A stretch of DNA of 64,000 nucleotides from Vulcanimicrobiota bacterium (GCA_050250895.1 JBFWNU010000009.1:239247-303246); one strand, 5' to 3'; counted from the first letter of the stretch, positions 49,880 through 60,753 are shown. The notes: generated by a model not told the origin, from the letters alone. Numbers and translations are program-made.

Positions 49880-51279
49880 GTATCTCCAGTCTTAAGATCT
49901 ACTCCGAAGTGAAGTCACGTGAATTCTCGTACCTCTTTGAGTTCGTCGGGCTTTCTTTGGGTGTCAATATGGTGGAGGTTCCGCCTGACCAGGCGTCTCT
50001 ATGCTACGGGGAAAGTCGTTCAGCCGGGGCAGAACTCTTTGTACTCCGAGGCTTGAGAGCGTCCGGACCGCTAGAGGTGGATTCGGATGGCAACCTGAGT
50101 TTTGACATCTTCGAGGAAATCGCGGAGTTTCTCCTGGACAAACGAAACAAGACACTCCCCTGTGATTTGGACAAACACGGAAGGGTGCCATACAGCCACT
50201 TAGCCCAAGGTGTTCACCTCGGTCTGGCACCTGTTAACCAGATTTTATTGAAACTGAAGCAGATCTTAAAGCAGCACCTGGGCATCCGATGCCTTGACAT
50301 TTGGCCTGAAGGAAAGAAGTGCGCCGTGGTCCTGACCCATGATGTTGACCACCCGATTAATGTGCGGCCCTTCGAGGTCTTGAAGGAGATCCCCAAGCTT
50401 TTGTTGCGACCCAATCTGAGAAGTAAGTTCAAGATTCCGCGTAAGATTATTAAGTCAGGTTTTGCAGCTCTAAGCGGTCAAGGCTATCACTGGGCATTTG
50501 ACCACATCATTAAGGCCGAGTCAGCTCAGGGCTTTCGGAGCACATTCTTTTTCGCCTCCAGAACAGACGAAGAGGGGCATTCTTTAGATGTTGAGTATGA
50601 GGTTTCCGAGGATAGGTTTCGACGTTTGTTCAAGCAGCTTTCGGCTCTCGGGTTTGAAATCGGCCTTCACGCCTCGTATCTTGCCTACCGAACCCGGGGT
50701 GCTTTTCAGATCGAAAGAACTCGCTTGGAAGAGGCTGCGCAAACGTCCGTCAGGGGGCTTAGACACCACTTTTGGCACATGTCCGTCCCCTTTTGGAACA
50801 CCCTCGGACGGCACTTTGAAGCGGGCTTCGAGTACGACGCATCCGTAGCTTTTAATGACCATCCAGGATTTCGGCTCGGCACAGGATTGCCTTTTTTTCC
50901 CTGGGATCCGATCGGAGGGAAAAAAATAGGGACACTTCAAATTCCAACGGTTGTCATGGATGGTGCGGTTTTTGATAGACCCGCAGAGACTAAGACATGG
51001 AGTTCAATTGTGAAGCCACCTGCCACAGGGGTTGCGGAGGGGCTCGAAAAATTGCAGGACACACTAGACAAATTGGCCGATTGCTCGGGAGTCGGCGCTG
51101 TTGATTGGCACGTACGGATGTGTTGGGCTCAGAATAAGCGGTTTAGCGAGTGGGGAGAGTGTTACGAACTATTTCTCAAAGAACTGGGTGGCCGCTCCGA
51201 CATTTGGGTTGCGACCTGCAGTGAAATCACGAACTACTGGCGGGAGCGGGCCGACAAACTCCGGCATGGGGTAGTTTAG
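49876..51279 (+). CDS. Polysaccharide deacetylase (CE4-like)
   Basis: LTHDVD, STFFF, EIGLHASY, GLRHHF, GFRLGT. Confidence 0.85.
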   Translation: MSISSLKIYSEVKSREFSYLFEFVGLSLGVNMVEVPPDQASLCYGESRSAGAELFVLRGLRASGPLEVDSDGNLSFDIFEEIAEFLLDKRNKTLPCDLDKHGRVPYSHLAQGVHLGLAPVNQILLKLKQILKQHLGIRCLDIWPEGKKCAVVLTHDVDHPINVRPFEVLKEIPKLLLRPNLRSKFKIPRKIIKSGFAALSGQGYHWAFDHIIKAESAQGFRSTFFFASRTDEEGHSLDVEYEVSEDRFRRLFKQLSALGFEIGLHASYLAYRTRGAFQIERTRLEEAAQTSVRGLRHHFWHMSVPFWNTLGRHFEAGFEYDASVAFNDHPGFRLGTGLPFFPWDPIGGKKIGTLQIPTVVMDGAVFDRPAETKTWSSIVKPPATGVAEGLEKLQDTLDKLADCSGVGAVDWHVRMCWAQNKRFSEWGECYELFLKELGGRSDIWVATCSEITNYWRERADKLRHGVV

Positions 51280-51553
51280 AAACGCTGCCTGGAGGTTTCA
51301 GGACGCGGCATGTGACTCGCCGAGCACCTTCTGCGAGAAAACTGTCGTTTTCAGCCAGGCGCTGGACCGGGCGTGTCCAACTTCTTTCCCTTGTCTGTTC
51401 AAAGGATGTTCCCGCCCATCCCCGTGAAGGAGAGGATGTGTGCGACGGAGTAAGCATCAGCCCGCGAGGGTTGACCCGAGCGGTGCTGTCCTGAACATCA
51501 GGCTCGGCGAAGGACCGGTTGGAAGCCAAGAGAACCAGAGGAGCCATTCCAGT

Positions 51554-52636
51554 TTGAAAGTAGCCTATCTCAGTTTCGGTAGTCCCGTCATGGCTATCGG
51601 CTACGTGCGAAAGATGGTTCGCCAGATGACCGTTTGGCGAGAACTGGGCGCTGAAGCCGAGTTTATCGCGCTGGCTTGCGCCAAAGGGACCCTGAAAGAC
51701 GTTCCGGTTCGTGAGGTTCCCTCCCTTATAGCGCCTCCGCAAGGGCGGAGTTGGTGGGCGCATTTGTTGTATTATTCACTGCGCAGCCTTTCGGCCCGGG
51801 CCCTGCGGCAGACCCTGCGGGAGTCTGAACCCGACCTGGTATATTTACGCCAGTCGCTCTGGTGGCCCGGTATGCTCTGGGCTTTACAGGACTTTCCATT
51901 CGTTGTGGAAATGAACAGCAACGATGTCGAGGAAGCGCGCCACCGGGGAGGGCTACGATCCTCGCTCCACCTCTTGACCCGAGAATGGCTCCTTCGCGGA
52001 GCCCGAGGTCTGGTGAGGGTCACCGACGAGATAGGCGAAGTTCTTCCGGCGGAGATTCCCAGTATAACCATTACCAACGGAGCGCACATTGATCCTCTCG
52101 CCTTCCGGCCCCCCCCGAACAACCCGAGGCCTCGCCTCATCTTCGCCGGCTCTCCGAATCAACCGTGGCACGGACTGGAGAAGGTGCGCCGATTGGCGAC
52201 CCTCCTACCCGAGGCCGAATTTCACGTTTACGGCGAGCCCTGCCCAGGTCCGGCGAATATCATCAATCACGGCTTTGTTCCCCACCAGCAGTTGGCCGAG
52301 GCCTATGCTGGCGCCGACGCCGGTATCGGTAGCTTGGCGCTGGAACTCAACGGAATGCGCCAAGCGTGCCCCCTTAAGGTCCGGGAATACCTGGCCCACG
52401 GCCTCCCCGTGATGGCCTCTTACGAAGACCCTGATTTGAGTGGGGCTAGCTACTATCTGGACCTCCAACTCGAGAGCGTTTCTTCAGACGCGCTGGCGGA
52501 GCGCGCTCGAGCCTTTCTCGCCTCTTGGAACGGTCGACCTCTACCCGGCGAGGATGTGCGCCGGAGAGTCGACGACCGAGCCAAAGAGAGTGCCCGGCTG
52601 GATTTCTTCGCTCAAGTGGCGGGCAGCAGATCGTAG
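51554..52636 (+). CDS. Glycosyltransferase (GT4-like)
   Basis: TTG start with GAGGAG RBS; WHGLEK, CPLKVREYLAHGLPV. Confidence 0.85.
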   Translation: MKVAYLSFGSPVMAIGYVRKMVRQMTVWRELGAEAEFIALACAKGTLKDVPVREVPSLIAPPQGRSWWAHLLYYSLRSLSARALRQTLRESEPDLVYLRQSLWWPGMLWALQDFPFVVEMNSNDVEEARHRGGLRSSLHLLTREWLLRGARGLVRVTDEIGEVLPAEIPSITITNGAHIDPLAFRPPPNNPRPRLIFAGSPNQPWHGLEKVRRLATLLPEAEFHVYGEPCPGPANIINHGFVPHQQLAEAYAGADAGIGSLALELNGMRQACPLKVREYLAHGLPVMASYEDPDLSGASYYLDLQLESVSSDALAERARAFLASWNGRPLPGEDVRRRVDDRAKESARLDFFAQVAGSRS

Positions 52637-52710
52637 TGTGGCAATCTGTAGCGCCACTGCGCCAAAGAACTCGCGAGTGACGCAGAACTGGCGACGGAGA
52701 GTTTTTGGAG

Positions 52711-53778
52711 TTAGCCTGTGGCCACCGTCTGCTTAAGATGCTTTGCGGTGATGCGGGCCATCCTCCGGGCGGAAAAGCCGTCTCCATAGGGAGTTCCAAA
52801 TCGAGGCTCCGTTTGCTGGGCTAACAACGCGGGCAGCTCTTCGAGAGCCTCGCCGGCCAAAATATTGCAGTTGTTTTCCAAGGTCTCGACCCACTCGGTC
52901 TCGGAACGCAGAGTGATACAACGCTTACCTAAAAGATAAGCCTCTTTTTGCAGGCCACCGGAATCGGTAACCACGCATTGTGAGAACTTCTGATAAGCCA
53001 GGCAATCCTGATACCCTACTGGATCAACAAAGTCAATGTTGGGAAAGGCCTCTCTGGGCATACCCTCCCTCTCCATCACACCGCGCGTTCGAGGATGGAC
53101 CGGAAAGACAACCGGGACGGGAGCTGCATTGAAAGCACGGAGGATGGATGCTAGGCGCTCGGGCTTGTCGGCGTTAGAGGGACGATGGATGGTGGCAAAT
53201 ATGTAATCACTCTCCCGCTTTGGAGAGAGTCCCTGGGAACGCTGGCGCAGGACGTCGCACATCACATCGCCCGTGTTATGAACTCCCTTCCGGAGCCCCT
53301 CATCGGCCAGATTCTTCACGGCCGTCTCAGTTGGCGCGAAAAGGAGAGTAGACAGGTGGTCGGTGACTACTCGATTGATCTCCTCTGGCATGGACCGGTT
53401 GAAACTTCTCAGACCGGCCTCGATATGAACCAGAGTAATGCCTAGCTTGGAAGCCGCCAGGGCTCCTGCCAGAGTGGAGTTGGTGTCGCCGTAGACGACG
53501 ACCGCTGCCGGCTTACGCTCAAGCAGAAGCTGTTCGAGAGAGAGCAACATGGACGCCGTTTGCGCGCCGTGCAATGGAACTCGTGACGTGTCCTCCAGAA
53601 CGAATTCCGGCTCAGGTATACCGAGTTCGTCGAAAAAGACCCGGCTCATATTGTGGTCGTAGTGCTGACAAGTGTGGGCGGTCAATGTGTCGAAATGCTC
53701 GTTGAATGCCTCCATCACCGGCTTATGTTTGATGAATTGGGGCCGGGCTCCCACTACGCAAATGACGAGAGGTCTCAT
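52711..53778 (-). CDS. wecB: UDP-N-acetylglucosamine 2-epimerase (non-hydrolysing, WecB/WbpI-like)
   Basis: GARPQFIK, GDTNSTL, EAGLRSF..MPEEINR, TDSGGLQKEA. Confidence 0.93.
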   Translation of the reverse strand: MRPLVICVVGARPQFIKHKPVMEAFNEHFDTLTAHTCQHYDHNMSRVFFDELGIPEPEFVLEDTSRVPLHGAQTASMLLSLEQLLLERKPAAVVVYGDTNSTLAGALAASKLGITLVHIEAGLRSFNRSMPEEINRVVTDHLSTLLFAPTETAVKNLADEGLRKGVHNTGDVMCDVLRQRSQGLSPKRESDYIFATIHRPSNADKPERLASILRAFNAAPVPVVFPVHPRTRGVMEREGMPREAFPNIDFVDPVGYQDCLAYQKFSQCVVTDSGGLQKEAYLLGKRCITLRSETEWVETLENNCNILAGEALEELPALLAQQTEPRFGTPYGDGFSARRMARITAKHLKQTVATG

Positions 53779-54037
53779 GATCAACTCTTCCCTGAAATGG
53801 ACGAGTGTTGGTCGCTCGGTCCTAAGTTCCTGCTCCGCTCCTTCCAGCTTGAGGTGGCCATCGAAAGAAGGGAGCTATCAGAAGCGGGGAGCTTAAAAGT
53901 GGAGCACCCTTCTCCCGGGACTGGTGGGCATGGTTCGGCCGACCGGTGCAGCTGTAATTCGGGTGGTGTTTACCAGGCCTAGCCAATTAGAAGGACAGTT
54001 CGGTCAGGTTGGTAAACAGCGCGCCAGGAGGTGGAAC

Positions 54038-54586
54038 GTGCTGATTGAACCGCTCCCATTGAACGGGGCTCACTTGGTCACCTTGGAGCCTCGGGGAGAT
54101 GAGCGAGGCTTTTTCGCTCGCTTCTTTTGCCAGAGGGAGTTCTCGGAAGCTGGGTTGTCCAGCAGTTTTGTGCAGGTGAATAACTCTTGGAGCCGCGAGA
54201 AGGGCACCCTTAGAGGCCTTCACTACCAACTTGGGCCCAGCCAAGAGACCAAACTGGTGCGCTGCATCTCTGGTCGGGTTTGGGACGTGATCGTCGATCT
54301 TCGTCCTGGGTCTGAAACCTTCCGAAGTTGGCACGCGGAGGAACTCTCAGCGGCCAACAGGGCCATGATGTATGTTCCAAAGGGTTTTGCACATGGGTTT
54401 ATCACGCTAGAGGAAGGTTGCGAGTTGATTTATCTAGTGGACGAATTCTATGCCCCAGAACAGGAGCGAGGGCTGCGTTGGGATGACCCCTGGCACGGCA
54501 TTGAGTGGCCTTTGAGCCCAACGGTTCTCTCGGCTCGGGACCAATCCCACCCAGACTTTTCTCGCCAATGGCATCTGGGGGAGTGA
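54038..54586 (+). CDS. rfbC: dTDP-4-dehydrorhamnose 3,5-epimerase family
   Basis: DERGFF, GTLRGLHYQ, PKGFAHGF; AGGAGG RBS + GTG. Confidence 0.92.
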   Translation: MLIEPLPLNGAHLVTLEPRGDERGFFARFFCQREFSEAGLSSSFVQVNNSWSREKGTLRGLHYQLGPSQETKLVRCISGRVWDVIVDLRPGSETFRSWHAEELSAANRAMMYVPKGFAHGFITLEEGCELIYLVDEFYAPEQERGLRWDDPWHGIEWPLSPTVLSARDQSHPDFSRQWHLGE

Positions 54587-54905
54587 CGTTGGAGTGGCGG
54601 AACAACTCGGCGAACTGGCAAAGTTACCAGCTATGTTCCCACGGGGTGTAACTCAAGTTGCCTCAACCAGCCTTTCGCCCTGAAGGCTTCTCATCGCTTG
54701 AACCTCCAACAGAATTCGCTCCAGTGTATTCGTTCGCACGTCTTCGCGAGCCAAGACGGACAGGGTCTCATTCCTGGTCAGGTCGACTTCACCCAACCTG
54801 GCCGTCAACGTCTCTGGTGATGCGACGTGGCCTAACCTCCACAACCGGGTGCTCAGACAATCTCGTGGAGTGGAACTGGTCGGGTATAGGCAGATATCGG
54901 TCGGC

Positions 54906-55676
54906 TCAATTCCAGGTCTTCCAGGGCGGGCTGCCTTCTTCCCAAAGCTTCTCCAGGTGGCGCTTATCACGTAATGTGTCGACCGGTTGCCAGAAGCCGC
55001 GGTGAAGGTAGGACGTGAGTTCCCTCCGTCGCGCTAGCTCCTCCATAGGACTGTGCTCCCAGGGCGTTTGATCCCCTTCGATGAAGTCAAGCACTTTGGG
55101 GCTCAAGACGAAGAAACCGCCGTTCATCCAGTTAGCACCGGTCGGTTTTTCGCGAAAAGCCGTAACTTTGTCCCCGTCTAGCTCCAACGCACCAAAGCGG
55201 CCCGCAGGCTGGATAGCTGTCACGGTGGCAAGGGTGCCAGCTTGACGAGCGAAGCCTATTAGTTGCGTGATGTCGACATCGGCGACCCCATCACCATAGG
55301 TCATGCAGAACGGCTCCTCCGGGTCGAGATAGCTGGCGATCCGCTTAAGCCTCCCGCCGGTTTGGGTATGAAGCCCCGTGTCTACGAGCGTCACCGACCA
55401 GGGTTCCGAGGCGGAACTGTGCACCTCGACCCTATTTTCGGCCAGATGCAAGGTGACATCGGCATTGTGGAGGAAGTAGTTCGCAAAATACTCTTTAACA
55501 TAGTAGGCCTTGTAACCGAGACAGATCACAAAATCGGTGAGCCCATGCGATGCGTAGATCTTCATGATATGCCACAGCAGTGGCTTTCCACCGACCTCAA
55601 TCATGGGCTTCGGACGCACTTCAGTTTCCTCACTGATTCGGGTGCCGAAACCACCGGCGAGTATGACGGTCTTCAT
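54906..55676 (-). CDS. rfbF: Glucose-1-phosphate cytidylyltransferase
   Basis: LAGGFGTRISEET, TGGRLKR, TYGDGV, FWQPVDTLRD. Confidence 0.95.
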   Translation of the reverse strand: MKTVILAGGFGTRISEETEVRPKPMIEVGGKPLLWHIMKIYASHGLTDFVICLGYKAYYVKEYFANYFLHNADVTLHLAENRVEVHSSASEPWSVTLVDTGLHTQTGGRLKRIASYLDPEEPFCMTYGDGVADVDITQLIGFARQAGTLATVTAIQPAGRFGALELDGDKVTAFREKPTGANWMNGGFFVLSPKVLDFIEGDQTPWEHSPMEELARRRELTSYLHRGFWQPVDTLRDKRHLEKLWEEGSPPWKTWN

Positions 55677-55749
55677 TTGCTGTTAAGCCCTCTATTCCTG
55701 AACGCCTCGCGATCGGCCGTCGCTTTCTGAGCGCGACTGACGCTCTCCT

Positions 55750-56500
55750 GCTTCAAATTGGACTAGGCCATCGGTTTCAAAGAAATCTCTCAATGGTCGC
55801 GCTTGCACGCGGAAAAGATGGGATGAGAAGGTCAACCCGGAGTCGTCAGAAGACACTCCAGCCAATGGAAGCACCCGAGGGGGATGAACTCGCTCGTGCT
55901 CGGGATGGGCGTCGAGGTACTTGTGGCCCATGCGCGGGAAGTGCGACTTATTCACTCTGCAGAGGTGAAGAACGATAGACTCGATGCCGAAAAACTGGCC
56001 AGGTTGTGCCGGCTAGACCCTCATTCCTGTATCCGATCACGCATAGAAACGACGAGCACCAGGACGACAGCCAGTATCTCAAAGCCAGGGACCTCCTGGT
56101 GAATCACGATGCATAACCAACCACAGCAGGCGCGGGCTGAAGAGCGTCGGGCTCGGACTCCCAGGACTTCGATGCGCGCAACCTCCCTCAAGCACGCGGA
56201 AACTCTTTCAAGAGCGTGGCCCCGCACTCGGGGCCGCTCTGGCACCGCTCTTGGAGGCACAAAAGGGTCTGTCTGAGAAATCGGTCGATATGACAAGCAT
56301 CTGGAGGAGATTGACCCGGGGCAAATACCAACTTGAGGGCCACACGACCGGGGTTAGGCGCAGAGGTCTCGTCACGGAGCGCAGGACATCGCTAAACGAG
56401 CGTGGAACCCGCCGTTCTTCTGGGTCAGCCTCAAGCGTGGAGGCAACACGGAGGAAGCACGATCAATAGCGTCAGGCTGGTCGAGGTGCGCAATACCTGG
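55750..56500 (+). mobile_element. Degraded IS110-family transposase remnant
   Basis: Frame-shifted fragments IGL.., EVLVAHAREVRLI..KNDRLDAEKLARLCRLDP, LYPITHR..KARDLLV, ALAPLLEA, RLVE; boundaries approximate. Confidence 0.8.
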
Positions 56501-56645
56501 AAAGGCTCAACACCACATTGATGCTTGACCTAGAACCTGTGTTTTGCTCAACGACCGACCGATACCTGCCAACTCAAGTTCCTCCTACCAATTTGGAAAA
56601 AATTGAGTTGCGGCCCAGTTCGATGCGTGAAGGAAAGAAGAATTC

Positions 56646-57677
56646 ATGTTATTCCAAGAAAGGCTGAGGCTTACGAACCAGTCGCTGGTAATCGCTGAGA
56701 TCGCCCAAAATCATGACGGGTCATTGGGTATGTGTCACGCTTACATCGACGCACTTGCTGATGTCGGGGTGCATGCTATCAAGTTCCAGACGCACATCGC
56801 CTCTGAAGAGTCGACCGTCGATGAACCGTTTCGAGTGAAATTTTCGCAGCAGGATGCTTCAAGGTATGAATACTGGCGCCGGATGGAGTTCACCGAAGAC
56901 CAGTGGATAGGCTTAAAGACCCATGCCGACGAGAAGGGATTAGAATTTCTAAGTACTCCCTTTTCGGTCGCCGCCGTAGAGATGCTTGAACGTATCCAAA
57001 TTCCCGTCTGGAAGGTCGGTTCCGGAGACACCCTATCAGGCGAGTTGCTGACCGCGATGCTTGCCACCAAGCGTCCAATGATTGTAAGCACCGGCATGAG
57101 CGCTTGGGCAGAGATTGACGAAGTCGTCGGTCTTCTAAGAAAGGCTGATACGGAGTTCTGCCTGATGCAATGCACCAGCATGTACCCGACCCCTTTCCCT
57201 TCGGTTGGATTGAATGTCTTGGATGAGCTGACGCAGAGGTATGGCTGCCGTGTCGGCCTTTCTGACCACACGGGTTCTCTGACGCCCGCTATGGCGGCAA
57301 TGGCGCGGGGATACAATCTAATCGAGCTCCATGTGACCTTCGACAAACGTATGTTTGGACCGGACATCTCCGCTTCCGTTACGGTCAACGAAATTGGGCG
57401 GCTGATGCGTTACTCGGAAGCGCTTCAAGAGATGAACGCGAACCCCGTCGACAAGGACGCGATGGCCTCAAAACTGAGGAACCAGAAGGAACTCTTCGCC
57501 AAAAGCGTAACGCTCAGAGTTGACCGAGCCGCGGGCCACGTGATAGAACCATCGGACATTGTGCCTAAGAAGCCCGGCAGTGGCATCCCCTGGGGTGACC
57601 GAAATCAGGTGGTTGGGCGACGCCTCAAACATCAGGTGGCGAGCAATACATTGTTGAGAAGGGAGGACCTGGAGTAA
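56646..57677 (+). CDS. neuB: N-acetylneuraminate/nonulosonate synthase
   Basis: IAEIAQNHDG, IKFQTH, STPFS, GLSDH, C-terminal SAF/antifreeze-like domain. Confidence 0.92.
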   Translation: MLFQERLRLTNQSLVIAEIAQNHDGSLGMCHAYIDALADVGVHAIKFQTHIASEESTVDEPFRVKFSQQDASRYEYWRRMEFTEDQWIGLKTHADEKGLEFLSTPFSVAAVEMLERIQIPVWKVGSGDTLSGELLTAMLATKRPMIVSTGMSAWAEIDEVVGLLRKADTEFCLMQCTSMYPTPFPSVGLNVLDELTQRYGCRVGLSDHTGSLTPAMAAMARGYNLIELHVTFDKRMFGPDISASVTVNEIGRLMRYSEALQEMNANPVDKDAMASKLRNQKELFAKSVTLRVDRAAGHVIEPSDIVPKKPGSGIPWGDRNQVVGRRLKHQVASNTLLRREDLE

Positions 57678-58840
57678 TGCGCAAAGTGTGTGTCGTCGTG
57701 CATAGTCGCGCCAATTACGGACGAATCAAGTCTGTCGTTCGGGCCGTTAAGGAGCATCCCAAACTCAAGCTACAACTACTAGTAGGCTGTTCAGCTTTGT
57801 TGCACCGTTTTGGTTCGGTCATTAACATCATGCGGAACGATGGGTTCGTCGAGGACGCCGTCGTCCATTGCATTCTGGAGGGTGAGACCCCCACGACTAT
57901 GGCGAAGTCGACAGGATTGGCCATCATCGAACTAGCGACGCATTTCGAGAACCTTAAGCCGGATGTGGTCGTCACCGTGGCCGACCGGTTTGAGACGCTG
58001 GCGACCGCCGTGGCCGCAAGCTATATGAATATTCCTGTCGCCCATACCCAGGGTGGTGAGGTCACGGGTTCGATCGATGAGTCGGTTCGGCACGCGATCA
58101 CGAAGTTGTCGCATGTGCACTTTCCGGCGACCGAGCGTGCTCGCGACTACGTGATCCGCATGGGAGAAGATCCGGAAACGGTCTTCTTGACTGGTTGTCC
58201 GGCGATCGATCTCGTTGCGGAGTTGGACCTGACCTTACCGCCGGATCTTTTTCAGCGCTACGGCGGGGTGGGTGACGGCCTGTCGGTTGACAGGGACTAC
58301 ATCGTAGTGCTCCAACATCCGGTCACCACGGAATACGGTAGCGGCTTCCAACAAGTCCGTGAGACAATCAGTGCCGTCCATCGCCTGGCCCAGGAAGGGC
58401 TCCAGGTAGCCTGGTTGTGGCCAAATGTCGACGCTGGTTCTGACGACATTTCCAAGGGCATTCGCACTTTCAGAGAGCACAACAAAGCGGAGAATATGCA
58501 CTTCTTTCTCAATTTTGAGCCGGAGGACTATGCTCGCCTCATCGCCAACGCCAAGTGTCTGATTGGAAATTCCTCTTCCGGTTTGCGCGAAGGCGCATTT
58601 CTAGGAGTGCCGTGCGTCAACATCGGCACTCGCCAGTCAGGGCGTGAGCAGGGCCCCAACGTAATGAACGTCGACTATGATGCCGAGGAGATCCTCCACG
58701 CGGCCTGGGCGCAGATCGCTCACGGCAAGTACCCCACTTCGGAACTGGTCGGCGACGGAAAAGCGGGTGAAAGAATCGCCGAGGTCCTGGCCAAAACCAC
58801 GTTTCAACTCCAGAAGAAGATCCACTACATTTATGAGTAG
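57677..58840 (+). CDS. neuC: UDP-GlcNAc 2-epimerase (hydrolysing)
   Basis: SRANYG, ADRFE, HTQGGEVTGSIDE, QHPVTTE, GNSSSG. Confidence 0.92.
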   Translation: MRKVCVVVHSRANYGRIKSVVRAVKEHPKLKLQLLVGCSALLHRFGSVINIMRNDGFVEDAVVHCILEGETPTTMAKSTGLAIIELATHFENLKPDVVVTVADRFETLATAVAASYMNIPVAHTQGGEVTGSIDESVRHAITKLSHVHFPATERARDYVIRMGEDPETVFLTGCPAIDLVAELDLTLPPDLFQRYGGVGDGLSVDRDYIVVLQHPVTTEYGSGFQQVRETISAVHRLAQEGLQVAWLWPNVDAGSDDISKGIRTFREHNKAENMHFFLNFEPEDYARLIANAKCLIGNSSSGLREGAFLGVPCVNIGTRQSGREQGPNVMNVDYDAEEILHAAWAQIAHGKYPTSELVGDGKAGERIAEVLAKTTFQLQKKIHYIYE

Positions 58841-58843
58841 GCC

Positions 58844-59536
58844 ATGTTGTCTTCATTTTGCATAATTCCAGTTCGAGGCGGGAGCAAAGGTATTCCGAGG
58901 AAAAATCTGGTCCCATTCCACGGCGTTTCCCTGCTCGAATGGACCATCATGCAGGCCAAGAGCGTCTACGCCTCGGACAATGTCTTCGTATCCACCGAGG
59001 ACGAAGAGCTCGCGCAGGTGGCTGAGAACTGCCGTGTGCGACTCGTCAACCGGCCGGCTGCCCTGGCTCAGGATGACAGCACTACGAACAGTGTGGTCGA
59101 GCACTTGCTAGGGGTCATAGACCCCCGGGGCGATCAATACCATCACTTCACTATTCTCCAGGTCACCTCCCCCCTACGGACCGCCGAAGACGTCTCCAAA
59201 GCCGAGGCCCTGATGAGCTCGGGTGAATACGATTCCGTCATCAGCGCTTTTCACGAAGACGAGGCTCATCCAGCCAAGATGTATATTCTACGGGATGGTC
59301 AGGCCGAGTCTGTTGCTCCCACCATGCAGCACACGCGACGGCAAGACCTTCCCAAAGCCTATCGCAGAAACGGTGCGATTTTCGTTTGTACACGTGACTT
59401 TTTCGATCGCACAGGGTTATTGTGGGGAGGTCGATTGGGACTGGTCGAGATGCCGCGATGTCGCTCAGTTGACATTGATACCCCTGGTGACCTCGAGCGC
59501 GCACAGCGGACGTATGAAGAATGCAGAACTCGATGA
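58844..59536 (+). CDS. neuA: CMP-nonulosonate synthetase (cytidylyltransferase)
   Basis: PVRGGSKGIPRKN, LQVTSPLR, RRQDLP, NGAIF, SVDIDT. Confidence 0.92.
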   Translation: MLSSFCIIPVRGGSKGIPRKNLVPFHGVSLLEWTIMQAKSVYASDNVFVSTEDEELAQVAENCRVRLVNRPAALAQDDSTTNSVVEHLLGVIDPRGDQYHHFTILQVTSPLRTAEDVSKAEALMSSGEYDSVISAFHEDEAHPAKMYILRDGQAESVAPTMQHTRRQDLPKAYRRNGAIFVCTRDFFDRTGLLWGGRLGLVEMPRCRSVDIDTPGDLERAQRTYEECRTR

Positions 59537-59797
59537 GCGGGTCCTGCCAAGCGTTACGCCAGGCGCGAGATAACCTTGGTGCCGGTGTTCCCCAAACATT
59601 GCGCACCAAGTCGCATCCTCCATCCCCGCAATTGGTCAAGTTTTCCCTCAAAACGTGGCGAAATCCCTATCAAGAGAATCGCCGCCCGAGCATCACGCGT
59701 CAGACTCCGCGACTACCTGGTCGATAGGATTTACGTCTAGGGCAGACACAGGTGCGCGCGCAAGCTTGGGCAAGGCGAGGAGAATGGTGAAACACAA

Positions 59798-60556
59798 ATG
59801 AGCATGGACACAAACGAAACGAAAATCAAAATCACCTCTGCGGAGGTTCATCAGGCCTTCCAATCCGTATTGGCGCCGGGCGACGATGTTTTGATCCACG
59901 CCGCTCTAGGAAATCTCGGGCATTTCGAAGACGGAATTGAGGCCTTGATTCACTCGCTTTGCCAGTCCGTTACCGCAGCTGGGACCGTGGTCATGATGGC
60001 AGATACCCGGTCTTTTGCGAAAACTGGCACTTTTTCGTTAGACCAACCGAGCGAAACCGGTCTAATCACAGAACGTTTTCGTCAGATGGAGGGCGTGAGT
60101 CGTTCTTGCGTTCCGATGGTATCTTTTCTTGCGTGGGGAGCCCGTCGCGAAGAGTACACACAGTCTTACCACAGTCATCTGGATGGGACGGCAACAATCA
60201 CACGGTTGCTTGAGAACGACGGAAAGATCATGTTGCTTGGTATCGGCTATGAAAAGTGCACACTCTATCACCTGGCTGAAGAGCGTCACAACGTACCCTA
60301 CAACTTCTACAAAGAATTCAAGGGTGTTCTGCGGAGGGAGGGTCAGCCAGATGAACCTATTTCGCAACGCTATTATGTTCGCGAGGATATGTCGGTGAAA
60401 AAGAATCCTGCCGTAGCTGGGCATATGCTAGAAGCCAGGGGCCTGGCCCAAGTGGTCCCGCTCGGCAATGAATACGTTCGTGTGTTCCGTGCACGGGATT
60501 TCGATCGATGCTGCATGGAGGCTCTAGAGAAAGACCCGAAAGCGTTTTTGGCCTAA
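59798..60556 (+). CDS. AAC(3)/YokD-family N-acyltransferase
   Basis: GDDVLIHAAL, TGLITERFR, GKIMLLG, TLYHLAEE. Confidence 0.85.
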   Translation: MSMDTNETKIKITSAEVHQAFQSVLAPGDDVLIHAALGNLGHFEDGIEALIHSLCQSVTAAGTVVMMADTRSFAKTGTFSLDQPSETGLITERFRQMEGVSRSCVPMVSFLAWGARREEYTQSYHSHLDGTATITRLLENDGKIMLLGIGYEKCTLYHLAEERHNVPYNFYKEFKGVLRREGQPDEPISQRYYVREDMSVKKNPAVAGHMLEARGLAQVVPLGNEYVRVFRARDFDRCCMEALEKDPKAFLA

Positions 60557-60753
60557 ATGATCCTGCATCAAGCTGGTGCATCTGGTGTTTGAGCGGGCAG
60601 GGCGGGAACGCCGCTGCGATTGTCCTTGCGGAGGCGGGAGTTCTAGGCCCCCTACGACGGCCGCGTGGGTCTCGAGACCTTTCGGGCGCGTCATCCCTGA
60701 AAACGTTCTCGTCAGGCCGAGTGTTTACGATTACTTCACGGATGGGTATCCTT

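Noticed and set aside
55750-56500. Active IS110 bridge-RNA recombinase system
   Set aside because: The transposase is fragmented by frameshifts and deletions; no RNA structure could be supported
59798-60556. Aminoglycoside resistance gene
   Set aside because: Family membership only; the glycan context argues for sugar acylation
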